From contig CBDBEC010000002.1 in the NCBI GenBank assembly GCA_965204275.1, positions 1,981,489 through 2,045,488 on the forward strand: a stretch of DNA of 64,000 bases. The letters are read 5' to 3'. Positions within the stretch are counted from its first letter, which is position 1, and each line of letters starts with the position of its first letter. The DNA comes from Longimicrobiales bacterium. Its GTDB lineage: Bacteria; Gemmatimonadota; Gemmatimonadetes; Longimicrobiales; Gaopeijiaceae. Shown here one piece after another: positions 48,442 to 60,167 of the stretch. The notes beneath the pieces are model-generated. The model saw only the letters and a list, made by a program, of their open reading frames with translations, was not told the DNA's origin and did not search any database. The translations under genes and the position numbers were made by a program.

Positions 48442-50490
48442 ATGCCCAACCGCCTCGCCTCGGCGACCAGTCCCTACCTGCTGCAGCACGCACACAACCC
48501 GGTCGACTGGTACCCGTGGGGAGACGAGGCCCTCGCCCTGGCACGGGAGCAGGACCGCCCCATCCTCCTCTCGATCGGCTACTCTGCGTGTCACTGGTGC
48601 CACGTCATGGAACGGGAGTCCTTCGAGGACGAGGGGACCGCGCAGCTGATGAACCGGGCCTTCGTCAACATCAAGGTCGACCGGGAGGAGCGGCCCGACA
48701 TCGACTCGATCTACATGCGGGCCATCCAGGCGATGACCGGCCACGGCGGCTGGCCCCTGACCGCCTTTCTCACGCCCGCGGGAGTCCCCTACTACGGCGG
48801 CACCTACTTCCCCCCCGAACCCCGCCACGGCATGCCCTCCTTCCGGCAGGTGCTCGCCGCCGCCGCCAACGCCTACCGCGACCGCCGGGGCGAGGTCGCC
48901 GAAGCCGGCGCCCGGCTGACCGAGGTCCTGGACCGGAGCTCCACCGAACCGCAGCCCGCTTCCGGCCGCTTCGAGACCGGGGACGCCCGGATCTTCGTCC
49001 ACGCGGTAGCCGCGGCGGGGCGCACCTTCGACCCCTCCAACGGCGGTTTCGGCGGCGCGCCCAAGTTCCCGCAACCGGACTTCCTCGATTTCCTGCTGCG
49101 CACCGGCGGCCCTGAGTCGCACGGGGTCTCCATGGCGGTGCACACCCTGTCGCGCATGGCGGCCGGCGGCATCCGCGACCACTGCGGGGGCGGCTTCCAC
49201 CGCTACTCGGTGGACGCGCGCTGGCTGGTCCCCCACTTCGAGAAGATGCTCTACGACAACGCGCTCATCGCCCGGGCGCTCACGCGGGCGCACCTGCTGG
49301 GGGCCCGTCACCTGGGACCGGTCGCAGAGGAAACGCTCGACTACGTGCTCGAGGATCTCACCTCGCCGGAGGGCGTCTTCCACTCCGCGCGCGACGCCGA
49401 TTCGGAGGGCGAGGAGGGCGCCTTCTACCTCTGGACCCCCGCCGAAGTGCGAGACGTTCTGGGCGCGGACGCCGCCCGTCTCCTGTCGCGGGTCTACGAC
49501 GTGAGCGACGCCGGGAACTTCGAGGGGCGCAACATTCTGCACCTGCCCCACGACCTCGACGCCGTCGCCCGCCAGGAGGGGATCGGGCGCACCGAACTCG
49601 ACGGGGTGCTGAAGGAGTCCCTGGACAAGCTGAAGGTGCGCCGCGGCGGACGCCCCGAACCCCTGCGCGACGACAAGGTGCTGACCTCGTGGAACGGCTT
49701 CACGATCCGCGCGCTGGCCGAAGCGGGGCCCGCGCTGGGCCGGCCCGACTACACGCGCGCCGCGGCCAGGGCGGCCGGATTCCTCCTGGACACCATGCGG
49801 CGCGGCGACCGCCTAATGCGCGTCTTCGCGGGCGGGCGCGTCCACGTCGAAGGCTTCCTGGAGGACTACGGCGCCCTCGGCAACGCCTGCCTCACCCTCT
49901 ACGAGGCCACCCTCGACCCGCGCTGGCTCGGCGAAGGGGCCTGGATGGCCGACGCGGCCGTCGCCCATTTCTGGTCCCCCGCCGAGCACCTCTTCCACGA
50001 CGCGCCCGCGGACGGGGAAGCGCTGCTCGTGCGGCCCCGCGACATAATGGACAACGCCACACCGTCGGGGAATTCGCTGGCGGCCGAGCTGCTGGTGCGC
50101 TTCAGTGCGCTGACGGGGTCCGCGAAACAGCGCGACACAGCCGAGGCGGTTCTCGACCGCGAGCGCGGCACCATGGAGCGCTATCCGTCCGCGGTCGGCC
50201 GGCTTCTCACGGCGGCGCTCACCCACGAGACGCCCCGCCTGGAGGTCACGCTGGTCGGACCCCCGGAGCGTGTCGCGGGTATGCTCGACCGCGCGCACCG
50301 GCATCCCCACCCGAACCGGCTCATCGCCGGCGGGGACCCGGGGGATCCGGTGATCGCCGCCCTTCCCGCCATGGAAGGCCGGCTGGACCATCCCGGCCAG
50401 GCGTTCGTCTGCGCGGGCACGGCCTGCCAGGATCCGGCGCCGACCCCAGAGGCACTGGACGCCGCACTCGCACGCGCCCAGACTGAATAG
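48442..50490 (+). CDS. thioredoxin-domain protein (DUF255/YyaL-like, N-terminal Trx fold plus alpha/alpha toroid)
   Basis: [22 protein letters not shown]...[22 protein letters not shown] is the hallmark N-terminus of this family. Confidence 0.85.
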   Translation: MPNRLASATSPYLLQHAHNPVDWYPWGDEALALAREQDRPILLSIGYSACHWCHVMERESFEDEGTAQLMNRAFVNIKVDREERPDIDSIYMRAIQAMTGHGGWPLTAFLTPAGVPYYGGTYFPPEPRHGMPSFRQVLAAAANAYRDRRGEVAEAGARLTEVLDRSSTEPQPASGRFETGDARIFVHAVAAAGRTFDPSNGGFGGAPKFPQPDFLDFLLRTGGPESHGVSMAVHTLSRMAAGGIRDHCGGGFHRYSVDARWLVPHFEKMLYDNALIARALTRAHLLGARHLGPVAEETLDYVLEDLTSPEGVFHSARDADSEGEEGAFYLWTPAEVRDVLGADAARLLSRVYDVSDAGNFEGRNILHLPHDLDAVARQEGIGRTELDGVLKESLDKLKVRRGGRPEPLRDDKVLTSWNGFTIRALAEAGPALGRPDYTRAAARAAGFLLDTMRRGDRLMRVFAGGRVHVEGFLEDYGALGNACLTLYEATLDPRWLGEGAWMADAAVAHFWSPAEHLFHDAPADGEALLVRPRDIMDNATPSGNSLAAELLVRFSALTGSAKQRDTAEAVLDRERGTMERYPSAVGRLLTAALTHETPRLEVTLVGPPERVAGMLDRAHRHPHPNRLIAGGDPGDPVIAALPAMEGRLDHPGQAFVCAGTACQDPAPTPEALDAALARAQTE

Positions 50491-50532
50491 CCCGCGCTTT
50501 CGCGCAGTCCGTCCACTCCGCTCCGGGAGCAC

Positions 50533-52665
50533 ATGGCCACACAGGAACACGACCTCGGCACCCACCTCGACTCCGGCCGTCCGGGCCCGGACAGGCTTCT
50601 CGCCTGGTTCCGCACCATGGTCACCGCCCGCGCCGTGGACGACCGCGAGGCGAAGCTCTACAAGCAGGGAAAGGTCTTCTTCCTGATCTCGGGCGCGGGC
50701 CACGAGGCGGTGCAGGTCGCGCTGGCCGACTTCGTGCGCCCCGGGTCGGACTGGTTCTACTTCTACTACCGGGACCGCGCCCTGGCGCTGGCGCTGGGGG
50801 TGTCGCCCGTGGAGCAGCTGCTGCAGGGGATGGGCGCGGAGGCCGATCCGGCCAGCGGGGGCCGCCAGATGCCCTGCCACTACGGCGACACCCGCTTCAA
50901 CATCGTGTCGGCCTCCTCGCCTACGGGGACGCAGTTCCTGCAGGCGGTCGGCGCGGCCGAAGCGGGGCTGCGCGCCGCGAACCAGCCGGAGCTGCGGCGG
51001 CATCTGCGGACCTTCGCCGAGGACGAGATCGTCGTCTGCACCGCCGGCGACGGCACCACCTCCGAGGGCGAGTTCTGGGAGGCCCTCAACACGGCGTGCA
51101 ACCTGAAGCTGCCGGTCGTCTTCGTCGTCGAGGACAACGAATACGCCATCTCGGTGCCGGTCGAGGTACAGACCGCGGGCGGCAGCGTCTCGCGGCTCCT
51201 GACCGGCTTCCCGGACCTGAAGATCGTGGAGTGCGACGGAACCGACCTGCTCGACAGCCACCGGGCCGCGGGCGAGGTGGTGCGCTGGTGCCGGGAGCGG
51301 CGCGGGCCGGCCCTGCTTCACGCGCACACCATCCGCCCCTACTCCCATTCCGGGTCGGACGACGAATCCGCGTACCGCACCCCCGCCGAACGCGCCGCGC
51401 AGGACCGCCGCGATCCGCTCCGCAAGGCCCGCAGGATGCTCATCGAGACCGGAGCCGCGACCGCGGCCGAACTCGACCGGCTGGAGGCCGATGTGCGGGC
51501 GGCGGTGGCGGCCGCGAGCGACCAGGCGCTGGAGTATCCGCAGCCGGCGCCCGAGACCGCCATGAAGTGGCTCTACTCGGAGACTGTCGACCCGACCGGC
51601 CCGGATTTCGACACCGAGGACCGTCCCGCCTTCCGGGGCGACCGCCAGCTCACCATGGTGGACCTCCTCAACCGGTGCCTGCGTGACGAGATGGAGCGCG
51701 ATCCCAGGATCGTAGTCTTCGGGCAGGACGTGGCCGACGCCTCGCGCGAGGAGGCGCTGAGCGAGGTGAAGGGCAAGGGCGGGGTCTTCAAGGTGACCCA
51801 CGGTCTGCAGACGCGCTTCGGCGGCAACCGCGTGTACAACTCGCCGCTCGCCGAGGCCAACATCGTGGGGCGCGCGGTGGGGATGGCGGCGCGCGGGATG
51901 CGGCCCGTCGTGGAGATCCAGTTCGTCGACTACATCTGGCCGGCCTTCATGCAGATCCGGAATGAACTCGCCACCATGCGCTACCGCTCCGCCGGGAGCT
52001 GGGCGGCGCCGGTGGTCGTGCGCGTCACCTACGGCGGCTACATCAAGGGCGGGATCTACCACTCGCAGACCGGCGCCACCCTCTTCACCCACACGGCGGG
52101 GCTCCGGGTGGTGCTGCCGTCCAACGCCCTCGACGCCAACGGCCTGCTGCGCACGGCGATCCGCTCGGACGACCCGGTGATCTTCCTCGAACACAAGCAC
52201 CTGTACCGGCAGGTGCACAACAAGGGGGCCGACCCCGGTCCCGGCTACATGGTGCCGTTCGGGAAGGCAAAGGTGGTGCGTCCGGGCAGGGACGTGACGG
52301 TGGTGACCTGCGGGGCCCTGGTGAAGCGGTCCCTGGACGCCGCCCGCACCGCCGCGACGCGCCACGGGATCAGCGCCGAGGTCATCGACCTGCGCTGCCT
52401 GTCGCCGCTGGACATGGAGACGATCGGCGACTCGGTGCGGCGCACCAACAAGGTGATGGTCGCGCACGAGGACGCGCTCTCGTGGGGGATCGGCTCCGAG
52501 GTGGCCGCGCGGATCGCCGACGAGCTGTTTCCGTGGCTGGACGGTCCGGTGCGCCGGGTGGCGGCGCTGGACACCTGGGTGGCGTACGCGCCCGAACTGG
52601 AACGGGCGATCCTGCCGCAGACGGACGACGTGCTGGAGGGGATCGTGGGGCTGGCGGGGTATTGA
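50533..52665 (+). CDS. fused alpha/beta E1 component of a 2-oxoacid (branched-chain/pyruvate-type) dehydrogenase, TPP-dependent
   Basis: Alpha-like half ([15 protein letters not shown]) followed by a beta-like half ([17 protein letters not shown]...). 710 aa. Confidence 0.85.
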   Translation: MATQEHDLGTHLDSGRPGPDRLLAWFRTMVTARAVDDREAKLYKQGKVFFLISGAGHEAVQVALADFVRPGSDWFYFYYRDRALALALGVSPVEQLLQGMGAEADPASGGRQMPCHYGDTRFNIVSASSPTGTQFLQAVGAAEAGLRAANQPELRRHLRTFAEDEIVVCTAGDGTTSEGEFWEALNTACNLKLPVVFVVEDNEYAISVPVEVQTAGGSVSRLLTGFPDLKIVECDGTDLLDSHRAAGEVVRWCRERRGPALLHAHTIRPYSHSGSDDESAYRTPAERAAQDRRDPLRKARRMLIETGAATAAELDRLEADVRAAVAAASDQALEYPQPAPETAMKWLYSETVDPTGPDFDTEDRPAFRGDRQLTMVDLLNRCLRDEMERDPRIVVFGQDVADASREEALSEVKGKGGVFKVTHGLQTRFGGNRVYNSPLAEANIVGRAVGMAARGMRPVVEIQFVDYIWPAFMQIRNELATMRYRSAGSWAAPVVVRVTYGGYIKGGIYHSQTGATLFTHTAGLRVVLPSNALDANGLLRTAIRSDDPVIFLEHKHLYRQVHNKGADPGPGYMVPFGKAKVVRPGRDVTVVTCGALVKRSLDAARTAATRHGISAEVIDLRCLSPLDMETIGDSVRRTNKVMVAHEDALSWGIGSEVAARIADELFPWLDGPVRRVAALDTWVAYAPELERAILPQTDDVLEGIVGLAGY

Positions 52666-52685
52666 GGCCGGCGGGGCCCGGCCGG

Positions 52686-53873
52686 TCAGAAGCGCACCTT
52701 CAGCAGCGGGATCTTCCAGGCCAGGGCGTCACGACCTCCGCTTCGAGAGGTGGGTTGCCGCACCGCGGATGGGAGCGGCGCCGACAGCGCCCAGTCTCCG
52801 TCCGACCAGTTGAGCAGCGCGCCGGGGGCCGGGACAGAAGCCGCCTCCTCCGGATCTCCAACGTCGACCGGCTCGCCCCGGTCTCCGCGCGTCCCGGCCG
52901 CGCCTACGGCCAGGCCCCCAATGCTGCTCGCCAGGATCAAACCGATGACCCCTTTGTCGCTTTCGGGCCGAGCGATCAGGGACATCCCCAGGCCGGCGAA
53001 GGCCCCGACCACCCCACCCACGCTGATGAGGCGGGCGCGCGGGCGGCTGATCGGAACGCGGCTTCCCGCCAGGGCGCCGGCCACCAGACCGGCGTTGCCC
53101 GCGACCATCGCCGCCGCGGTGAGATCATCCCCCTCGGCATCCAGCAGGATCCCCGTCGAGATGCCGAACCACAAGCCCCACAGGCTGCCGAGCATGGCCG
53201 AGGTGGCGGTACCGGGCGTGATCTCCTGCCGTGCCAGGGCCGTGCCGGCGGCGATACCCGCGGCCCCGCCGAGGATCATCGAAAGAATGGTGGCCTCGAA
53301 CGATTCATCGTCGTCGTAAGGATAGCGATACATCACGTAGTCCCTGCTGCCCAGGTTAAGCACACGCGCCCAGCCCCACCCCTGGATGGCCCCCCAGGTC
53401 CCGCCCCAGGTGATGGCCCTGGCCTGGCCCAGGGAACGCGGGCGTGACCGCGCAAGCTCCCGCCCCGCCAGGAATCCCGCCGATCCCCCCACCAGGAGTC
53501 CGAACCCGTATGTCTCCGGTTCTTCGGCGCCGGCCGCGATCGGTATCGCAATGCCCTGCCAGATCCCGTATAGCGCCGACCACACCTTGAGTTCGACTTC
53601 GCCGCCCGCCCGGGATTGCCGGGTGGTGACACCTTCCAGCAGGGAAAGTGCGGTCTCCGCGACGGCGTTCCCCGGGAAGTGTTCCACGATGTGACGGTAT
53701 AGGGCCTTGGCAATGTCGTGCGCTCCACGGTTCGCGAAGTGTTCCGCGGTCGCTAGGAGAACGGCGACCGAATCGGCCCGGGTGGGCTGGGCCGAGGCGG
53801 GGCGGGGGGCGGACAGGGCCGCGGCGACGAGGGCCGGAAGAAGCAGGGTCCGGAGCGGGATCGGCGTTTTCAT
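52686..53873 (-). CDS. hypothetical secreted/membrane protein with Gly-rich TM segments
   Basis: Signal MKTPIPLRTLLLPALVAAALSAPRPASAQ, a short TPR-like helical part, then multiple GxxxG-rich hydrophobic segments. Confidence 0.6.
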   Translation of the reverse strand: MKTPIPLRTLLLPALVAAALSAPRPASAQPTRADSVAVLLATAEHFANRGAHDIAKALYRHIVEHFPGNAVAETALSLLEGVTTRQSRAGGEVELKVWSALYGIWQGIAIPIAAGAEEPETYGFGLLVGGSAGFLAGRELARSRPRSLGQARAITWGGTWGAIQGWGWARVLNLGSRDYVMYRYPYDDDESFEATILSMILGGAAGIAAGTALARQEITPGTATSAMLGSLWGLWFGISTGILLDAEGDDLTAAAMVAGNAGLVAGALAGSRVPISRPRARLISVGGVVGAFAGLGMSLIARPESDKGVIGLILASSIGGLAVGAAGTRGDRGEPVDVGDPEEAASVPAPGALLNWSDGDWALSAPLPSAVRQPTSRSGGRDALAWKIPLLKVRF

Positions 53874-54008
53874 GGGACATCGTACTCCTGTTGGGACCGG
53901 ACGCGTCACCAGCGACACCGGCGACCCGCATGACTACAGGTAACTACCAGAAGCTCGGGGAGTTTGTTTCCCCACGAATCGGATCCCCGGCCGCGGCCCC
54001 TTCGCCCT

Positions 54009-55145
54009 TCACCCCACCACCGCCGCGATACCGCCCTCGAGGTTGCGCACATCCGCGTATCCCTCGACCGCGAGCAGCTTCGCCACCTCGAGGCTCCTCA
54101 CGCCCGTGTGGCAGTAGACCACCACGGGACGTTCGCGCGGGATCTCGTCCATACGCGCGGGGACCTCGCTCATCGGCACCAGCACGGCTCCCAGGTGCGC
54201 CAGGTTCACGTTCTGCCACTCCATGACCTCGCGCACATCCAGCAGGAAGGGGCGCGGCTCGTCTCCCAGCACCGACTCCAGCTCCTCCGGCTCGACCCCG
54301 CCGACAGTCACACTCTCCCCATCCGGTTCGGCCTCGACCCCGCAGAACAACCCGTAGTCGATCAGCTCGGTCTGGGTGGGTTCGTCCCCGCAGACCACGC
54401 ATCCGGAATCCCGCCGGATCTCCAGCTCCCTCCAGCGGTAGGACAGCGCGTCGAAGATCTGCAGACGGCCCACCAGCGGCTCGCCCACGCCCAGGAGCAG
54501 CTTGATCGTCTCCATCGCCTGGGCCGCACCGATCACGCCGGGGAGCGCCCCGAAGACACCCGCCTCGGCGCAGCTGGGGATCAGGCCCGGGGGCGGAGGT
54601 TCGCGGAAGAGGCAGCGGTAGCACGGCCCGCCCTCCTTCGCGAATACCGAGAGCTGGCCCTCCCAGCGGTACACGGACCCGTAGACGTTGGGGCGGCCGG
54701 CGAGCACGCAGGCGTCGTTGACCAGGTAGCGCGTCGGGAAGTTGTCGCTGCCGTCGACGACCACCTCGTAGGCTTCCACGATCTCGAGCGCATTGGCCGA
54801 CGAGAGTCGCACGGCGCCGGTCTCCACCGTGACATGCGGGTTCACGTCCTCCAGGCGCGCGCGCGCCGAATCGACCTTGGGTGCGCCCAGCCCGGCTGTG
54901 CCGTGCAGGATCTGGCGCTGCAGGTTGGTCACGTCGACCACGTCGGGGTCCACGATGCCGAGGGTTCCGACACCCGCCGCCGCCAGGTACAGGGCCGCCG
55001 GGGAGCCCAGCCCGCCGGCGCCGACCAGCAGTACTCGCGCCTCCTTGAGACGCTGCTGTCCGGCCAGTCCCACCTCGGGAAGCACCAGGTGGCGGGCGTA
55101 GCGTGCGGCCTCGCGCGGCGTCAGGCCCGAGCGGTCGCGACTCAC
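54009..55145 (-). CDS. moeB: MoeB/ThiF-type adenylyltransferase with C-terminal rhodanese domain
   Basis: RYARHLVLPEVGLAGQQRL...LLVGAGGLGSPAALYLAAAGVG. Two CxxC pairs. Rhodanese active-site YCHTGVRS. The GTG start overlaps the upstream stop (GTGA). Confidence 0.85.
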   Translation of the reverse strand: MSRDRSGLTPREAARYARHLVLPEVGLAGQQRLKEARVLLVGAGGLGSPAALYLAAAGVGTLGIVDPDVVDVTNLQRQILHGTAGLGAPKVDSARARLEDVNPHVTVETGAVRLSSANALEIVEAYEVVVDGSDNFPTRYLVNDACVLAGRPNVYGSVYRWEGQLSVFAKEGGPCYRCLFREPPPPGLIPSCAEAGVFGALPGVIGAAQAMETIKLLLGVGEPLVGRLQIFDALSYRWRELEIRRDSGCVVCGDEPTQTELIDYGLFCGVEAEPDGESVTVGGVEPEELESVLGDEPRPFLLDVREVMEWQNVNLAHLGAVLVPMSEVPARMDEIPRERPVVVYCHTGVRSLEVAKLLAVEGYADVRNLEGGIAAVVG

Positions 55146-55846
55146 TGGCGGCGCATACCCAGGCGAAGCGTGTAGCTCATGCCGACGCTGATGATCGGCC
55201 AGTAGTTCACGAACGCACCCGCATCGTCGTTCGTCTCCTTCTTCTTCTGCTCGAGGTTGCCGCGGAATGAAGGAGATTCCAGAACCTCCCGGTCTCCGGT
55301 GGCGGCCATGGTGAGCTCCACGCCCGTGGGCAGCGCCACGCCGATATCGGCCACAAACGAGAATCCGGACGCGAAGCGCGATCCGAATCCCAGGAGCAGG
55401 TACGGCGCGACCGCCCCCGAGGAGAGGGTCGTCGTAAGGGTCTTCACCTCGGTCTCCTCGTATGTGCCACCGCCGATCACGATGTTTGCGCCGGGATCGA
55501 GGGTGACCCGGTAGGCGGGCTCCCCGGACTTGAAGAGCGCGCCCGCCCCCACTCTCAGGCTGCCGAGCCGGAAGTCCCCCCCGAGCATATGGAACGCCGT
55601 CGGCAGGGTCAGCGTCGCGGTGCGGTCGTCATCCAGTCCGAAGCGGCCGGTCAGATCCATGTCGAATCCCAGGAGGCCCGTTCCGCCGCGCACGGTGACC
55701 CGTTCGTGGACGCGCACCGCGACATCGGCACCGAGCCCCATCGTTCCCGCGCGCGCGGCCACGGCGATGTCCTGCATGGCCTGGGCGGGGGCGGCGGTCG
55801 CGCATGGCGAAAGCGCGGCGGCCATGAATAGCAGATTTGTTCTCAT
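55142..55846 (-). CDS. outer-membrane beta-barrel protein (hypothetical)
   Basis: Signal MRTNLLFMAAALSPCATAAPAQA. Alternating hydrophobic beta-strand pattern. Confidence 0.6.
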   Translation of the reverse strand: MRTNLLFMAAALSPCATAAPAQAMQDIAVAARAGTMGLGADVAVRVHERVTVRGGTGLLGFDMDLTGRFGLDDDRTATLTLPTAFHMLGGDFRLGSLRVGAGALFKSGEPAYRVTLDPGANIVIGGGTYEETEVKTLTTTLSSGAVAPYLLLGFGSRFASGFSFVADIGVALPTGVELTMAATGDREVLESPSFRGNLEQKKKETNDDAGAFVNYWPIISVGMSYTLRLGMRRQ

Positions 55847-56084
55847 CCTGAAACTCCCGTGATGGGTTTTGTACGACCGGGCGGTGAGCGGGTGGTGCGG
55901 GCCACCTTGCTCGACCAGCGAACATCGTTGTGTGCGGTACGAGTTGTCCAGATACTGTAACGGTGCGACGCGGTGAGCGCCCGATGCTCGCGAATCCTGG
56001 GCGGCCGGGCCTTGGATGTCGGACCGGTAGATCGGGGAGGTCGACGGGCCGGCAGGCGTACGTGCTCGACGCCGCCGCCCCGGC

Positions 56085-57233
56085 TCACACCCTCATCGGC
56101 TGCCGCCTCATGTAAGCGGCGGAGCGCCACAGCCATTCCAGCGGCCCGAAACGGAAGCGGGCCAGCCACCACGGCGACCAGATCAGTTGCAGCACCCATA
56201 TCCCCACCACGATCGCCACCTGTCCCGGCCCGCCGACCCGCTCGAACAGCCCGAGGCCGTGGCCGTAGAAGACGAGACCGCAGATCAGGCTCTGCGCGAT
56301 GTAGTTGGTGAGCGCCATGCGCCCCGTTGCGGCAAGGCGTTTCTGCAGCCGGGGCAGCCGACCACCCTTCACGGCCAGCATGACCAGCGCAACATACCCC
56401 AGGCAGACGCCGGCGGAACCCACATAGTTGAAGAGCCCGCCCGCGAACATCGTCCGCTCCCAGGCGAAGTCCACGCGGATCTTGTACGTGGTTCCGGCCG
56501 CCGCGAGCGGCAGACCGGCGCCGAGTCCGAAAACCAGCATGCGCCGGTAGAATGCCGTCGAGCGCTCGGCGGCCAGCACGCCCAGTCTGTAGAGCGCCAT
56601 GCCCACGAGCATCATTCCGCCCGCGCGCCAGAGCAGCATGCCCGGAAGCACGATGGTCTGGAGCGCGAGCGCAATCGGCACGCGCGCGACAACCTGATCG
56701 GCGATACCACCCCGGAAGGCCGCGATCTCAGCGCCGAGCGCACCCGGAGACGGCGCCCACTCGGCTTCGGCAGCCATTCGTTCCGCAGCCGTCCAGTACG
56801 GGATCGAGAGCTCCGCCATGCCCCAGAGCGGGATCACGACCGCCACCACGCAGCCACCGCTCCAAAGCAGCCGGCGCGGCGGCAGGTTGCGCAACGGATA
56901 GAGCAGGAACCCGCACAGGGCGTAGGTAACCAGGATGTCCCCGTGCCAGACCAGATATGCGTGCGCGAGCCCGATGACCAGCAGCCAGAGCTGGCGGCGA
57001 TAGTGGAGGCCCGTGCCGGAGACGCCACGCCGGGCCATGCCCTCGCTCATCATCGCGATCCCCGCGCCGAAGAGGAGCGAGAAGATCGAGATGAACTTGG
57101 TGTCGGCAACGAGGTAGACCGCGGCCCAGGTCCACAGGTCCGCGCCTTCCAGCACGCGCCCCGACGCGGGGTTGATGTACGCGGACGCCACCCGAGCGAA
57201 ACCCTGGACGTTGACGATCAGTATGCCGAGCAC
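56085..57233 (-). CDS. DUF418 (YeiB-like) membrane protein
   Basis: ...LARFRFGPLEWLWRSAAYMRRQPM is the typical C-terminus. Conserved-looking residues RIVAIDVLRGFA lie in frame upstream of the first canonical start (GTG 57233), so the true start is unclear. Confidence 0.7.
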   Translation of the reverse strand: MLGILIVNVQGFARVASAYINPASGRVLEGADLWTWAAVYLVADTKFISIFSLLFGAGIAMMSEGMARRGVSGTGLHYRRQLWLLVIGLAHAYLVWHGDILVTYALCGFLLYPLRNLPPRRLLWSGGCVVAVVIPLWGMAELSIPYWTAAERMAAEAEWAPSPGALGAEIAAFRGGIADQVVARVPIALALQTIVLPGMLLWRAGGMMLVGMALYRLGVLAAERSTAFYRRMLVFGLGAGLPLAAAGTTYKIRVDFAWERTMFAGGLFNYVGSAGVCLGYVALVMLAVKGGRLPRLQKRLAATGRMALTNYIAQSLICGLVFYGHGLGLFERVGGPGQVAIVVGIWVLQLIWSPWWLARFRFGPLEWLWRSAAYMRRQPMRV

Positions 57234-57422
57234 GGCGAAGCCGCGCAGTACGTCAATCGCGACGATCCGTTCGGCCCGGGGGGCGGGTGAGGGCGGAGGG
57301 GTGGTGGAGCTGATTTTGGCTCCGGAGTTACCGGATCATTGGACCATGCGGGCACCCCCGGCGACCGTGGATCCAAGCCGGGGAGGTTCTTGCACGGGCC
57401 GCAACCAACGTCTCACGCAGTC

Positions 57423-60167
57423 TCACCGTCTCCATGCCGCCGCATCGGGGATGCCGCGGCTGAAGAGAACCTCGAGGCCGGGCCGGGAGGCCAGCCGGGC
57501 GGCGTCGGCCGGGGTTCGCACTTCCGGGGGCAGGTCGCCCAGGATCGCCCGCACCTGTCCGGTGCGCGGGTCCCGCACGATCGCGGCGGGACGGTCCGTG
57601 CCGGTGTCCAGTGTGAACGACCCGTCCGGCCCCGAGAGGATGATCCGGTCCAGGAGGTCCGCCCACCCGGGCCGTACCGGCAACACGAACGCGAAGGACG
57701 AACTCCCGTCGCCGTCGGCGACCTCGGGCATCGGGAAGTCGAGTGCGAACAGCTCGGCGCCCTCGGCCGTCGCGCCGACCAGCCTGTGGTCGCCCCCGCC
57801 CCGGGGCAGCGATGGCGCGGCATCGATCACGAACACCGGCTCCAGGTGGGGGACCCCGTGCCGGTCGACTCCTCCGACGATCAGAAGCGACCTGGCGGGA
57901 GCCGGCCGGCCGGCCATCAGTGCGTCGTTCTCCCTGCCGGGCCTGTATCGCAACGCGTTGGTGAAGTGGAAATCGCTGATCCAGGTCGGATCGCAATAGG
58001 ACATCAGGTCCAGGGTGCCGGGGTCGACCAGCGCTTCCGTCCTGAAGTCGTATCCCCACGCGCCGGTCGTGCCGTCCGGCTCGGGAAATGACGGGTCGGT
58101 GTTGGGGGGATCACCGCAGGGAGCGTGGTACATGTACATGTTGTGCCCGAGTTCATGGCTCACGACCGTCGAGTCGGGCACGGAGAAGCTGGTCCACCCC
58201 GGCAGGTATGCCACGCCGCGGGCGCCCGTGACCTCGCCCGACATCATGCCCATGTAGTACCCGCTGCCACTCTCCGCTCTGTAGATCGCATTCGTCTGGC
58301 GCAGCAACGCAAAGGCGTTGTTCGAATCCGTCACGACCGGATCGTGAATCTTCAGGTCGATCTCCGCCACCGGGAGCAGCGCGTTGACCTGCCACAACAG
58401 GTTGTCGCCGGCGGACAGGTCCTCGGTGATGTCCAGGATGGTGGAATCCGGATCCTCCTTCCACAGGAACGGGATGAGCGTGAGTTCCAGTTCGGGCATT
58501 GTACGCACGTCCACCGCCATCCGGCCCGTCTCGGGAATGCGGCCGGAAATGCCCAGATCCGGGTCCGTGGTTTCGTCGGGATCGATCTCGACCACGACTT
58601 CCAGCCCGGGCTGAATCAGGGAGTCCGGAACCAGGGTGTTGGCCGAGTACTTCAGCGAACTCTCGTCCAGCGCTTCGACGACGACCGACGACCCCGGCTC
58701 GATGTCGATCACCTCCGTCTCCGAGCCGTTCACGTAGAAGGTGGCCCGGACGAGCGGGATCGTGTCGCCCGCGGCCGCCGGCGCCACCACGAAGACCCGC
58801 AGCAAGGCCTCCTCACCGGCGACCAGCGGCACCGGATAGGCCCTGGACTGCACGGCCTGGGTCAGGTATGCGTCCGAGCCTTCCCGGGGCTTCCGGCACG
58901 ACGCGATCCGCCGCTTCCCCAGGCGTTCCAGCCACTCGAGAAAATCATCGTCGACCGGCGCGCACAGGTCGGTGCCGCCCGCGAGGATTTCGCCCAGGCG
59001 GTTCATTCGGGTCATGCTGAGCGGGAGCGGCCCGGACAGGTCTGTGTTGGTAAGGTGCAGTTGGCGCAGCCTGGCCATGTCCCCGACCTCGTCGGGCAGC
59101 GGGCCCGTCAGCGGGTTACCGATCAGATCCAGAATGTCGACATTGTACGGAACGGTCAGTTCCGCCGGAATCGGGCCCGTCAGATCGTTGCCGCCCAGGA
59201 GGAGGTAGGTCAGACGGGAGAGGTCGCCCAGCTCCGGCGGGATCTCCCCGGTCAGCGCGTTCCCGCCGAGGTCGACAACGATAGCGTTCTCCATGTCGCC
59301 GAGTTCCGGCGGAATGGAACCGGAAAAGTCGTTGCGTGGAAGCCTCAGCACCTCAAGTCGTTTCAGCTTGGCGAGTTCGGGCGGAATGGAACCGGAAAAG
59401 TCGTTGCCGCCAACGGACAGCGACTTCAGTTGCGCGAGGTTGCCGAACTCCGGCGGAAGGGGACCGGAGAATTCGTTGCCGGAAAGCCCCAGCCGCTCGA
59501 GCTTGGAAAGGTTGCCGAACTCCGGCGGAATGGGGGCACGCAGCTGGTTCACCCACAGCCACAGTTTCCTCAGTTCCGTCAGGTGTTCGATCTCGGGCGG
59601 GATGGTCCCCTTGAGGCCGTTGTCTCCGAGGTCTATCTCGACCACCCGGCCGTTCTCGTCCGTCGTCACTCCATGCCAATCCGAGAAGGGGGCGTCCGAA
59701 AGCCACCCCTCGCTGGAAACCCAGTCCGGTCCGCCCGTGGCCTCGTACAGCGCGACCAGAGCTTCCCGGTCACGGTCGAGGATCACCGTGACCGCGGCGG
59801 TGGCGGACACCGAATCCGCGGTCGCGGTGACCACGGTTTCACCGGCCCCCGTGGCACGGACCAGCCCCGACCCGCTCACGGTGGCCACCGACGTGTCACC
59901 GGCCGACCAAACGACGTCGTAGTCCTCGATCACGTCACCATCCTCGTCGAGTACGACCGCCGTGAGGCGGGTGGTATCGTGCAGAACCCGGAACACCACC
60001 TCCGCGGGGCTCACCGTGATCGACGCCGGTTCGGGCCGCGGGGGAAGGGTGGGTTCGTCCTCGCACGCGAAGCCGGCGAGCAGGAAGAGAACGGCGCCCC
60101 CGGTGAAAGGGCGGGACTGCCGACCGTGTCCGCAGGCCGGCTTCGAGGCAGCGGTGTCGAGTGCCAT
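57423..60167 (-). CDS. secreted Big_2 / plant-type LRR / zincin metalloprotease fusion (914 aa)
   Basis: AGGAGA SD. Ig-like ...VVWSAGDTSVATVSGSGLVRATGAGETVVTATA. N-cap REALVALYEATGGPDW. About 9 LRRs. HELGHNMYMYHAPCG zinc motif. C-terminal tail SRGIPDAAAWRR. Confidence 0.8.
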   Translation of the reverse strand: MALDTAASKPACGHGRQSRPFTGGAVLFLLAGFACEDEPTLPPRPEPASITVSPAEVVFRVLHDTTRLTAVVLDEDGDVIEDYDVVWSAGDTSVATVSGSGLVRATGAGETVVTATADSVSATAAVTVILDRDREALVALYEATGGPDWVSSEGWLSDAPFSDWHGVTTDENGRVVEIDLGDNGLKGTIPPEIEHLTELRKLWLWVNQLRAPIPPEFGNLSKLERLGLSGNEFSGPLPPEFGNLAQLKSLSVGGNDFSGSIPPELAKLKRLEVLRLPRNDFSGSIPPELGDMENAIVVDLGGNALTGEIPPELGDLSRLTYLLLGGNDLTGPIPAELTVPYNVDILDLIGNPLTGPLPDEVGDMARLRQLHLTNTDLSGPLPLSMTRMNRLGEILAGGTDLCAPVDDDFLEWLERLGKRRIASCRKPREGSDAYLTQAVQSRAYPVPLVAGEEALLRVFVVAPAAAGDTIPLVRATFYVNGSETEVIDIEPGSSVVVEALDESSLKYSANTLVPDSLIQPGLEVVVEIDPDETTDPDLGISGRIPETGRMAVDVRTMPELELTLIPFLWKEDPDSTILDITEDLSAGDNLLWQVNALLPVAEIDLKIHDPVVTDSNNAFALLRQTNAIYRAESGSGYYMGMMSGEVTGARGVAYLPGWTSFSVPDSTVVSHELGHNMYMYHAPCGDPPNTDPSFPEPDGTTGAWGYDFRTEALVDPGTLDLMSYCDPTWISDFHFTNALRYRPGRENDALMAGRPAPARSLLIVGGVDRHGVPHLEPVFVIDAAPSLPRGGGDHRLVGATAEGAELFALDFPMPEVADGDGSSSFAFVLPVRPGWADLLDRIILSGPDGSFTLDTGTDRPAAIVRDPRTGQVRAILGDLPPEVRTPADAARLASRPGLEVLFSRGIPDAAAWRR

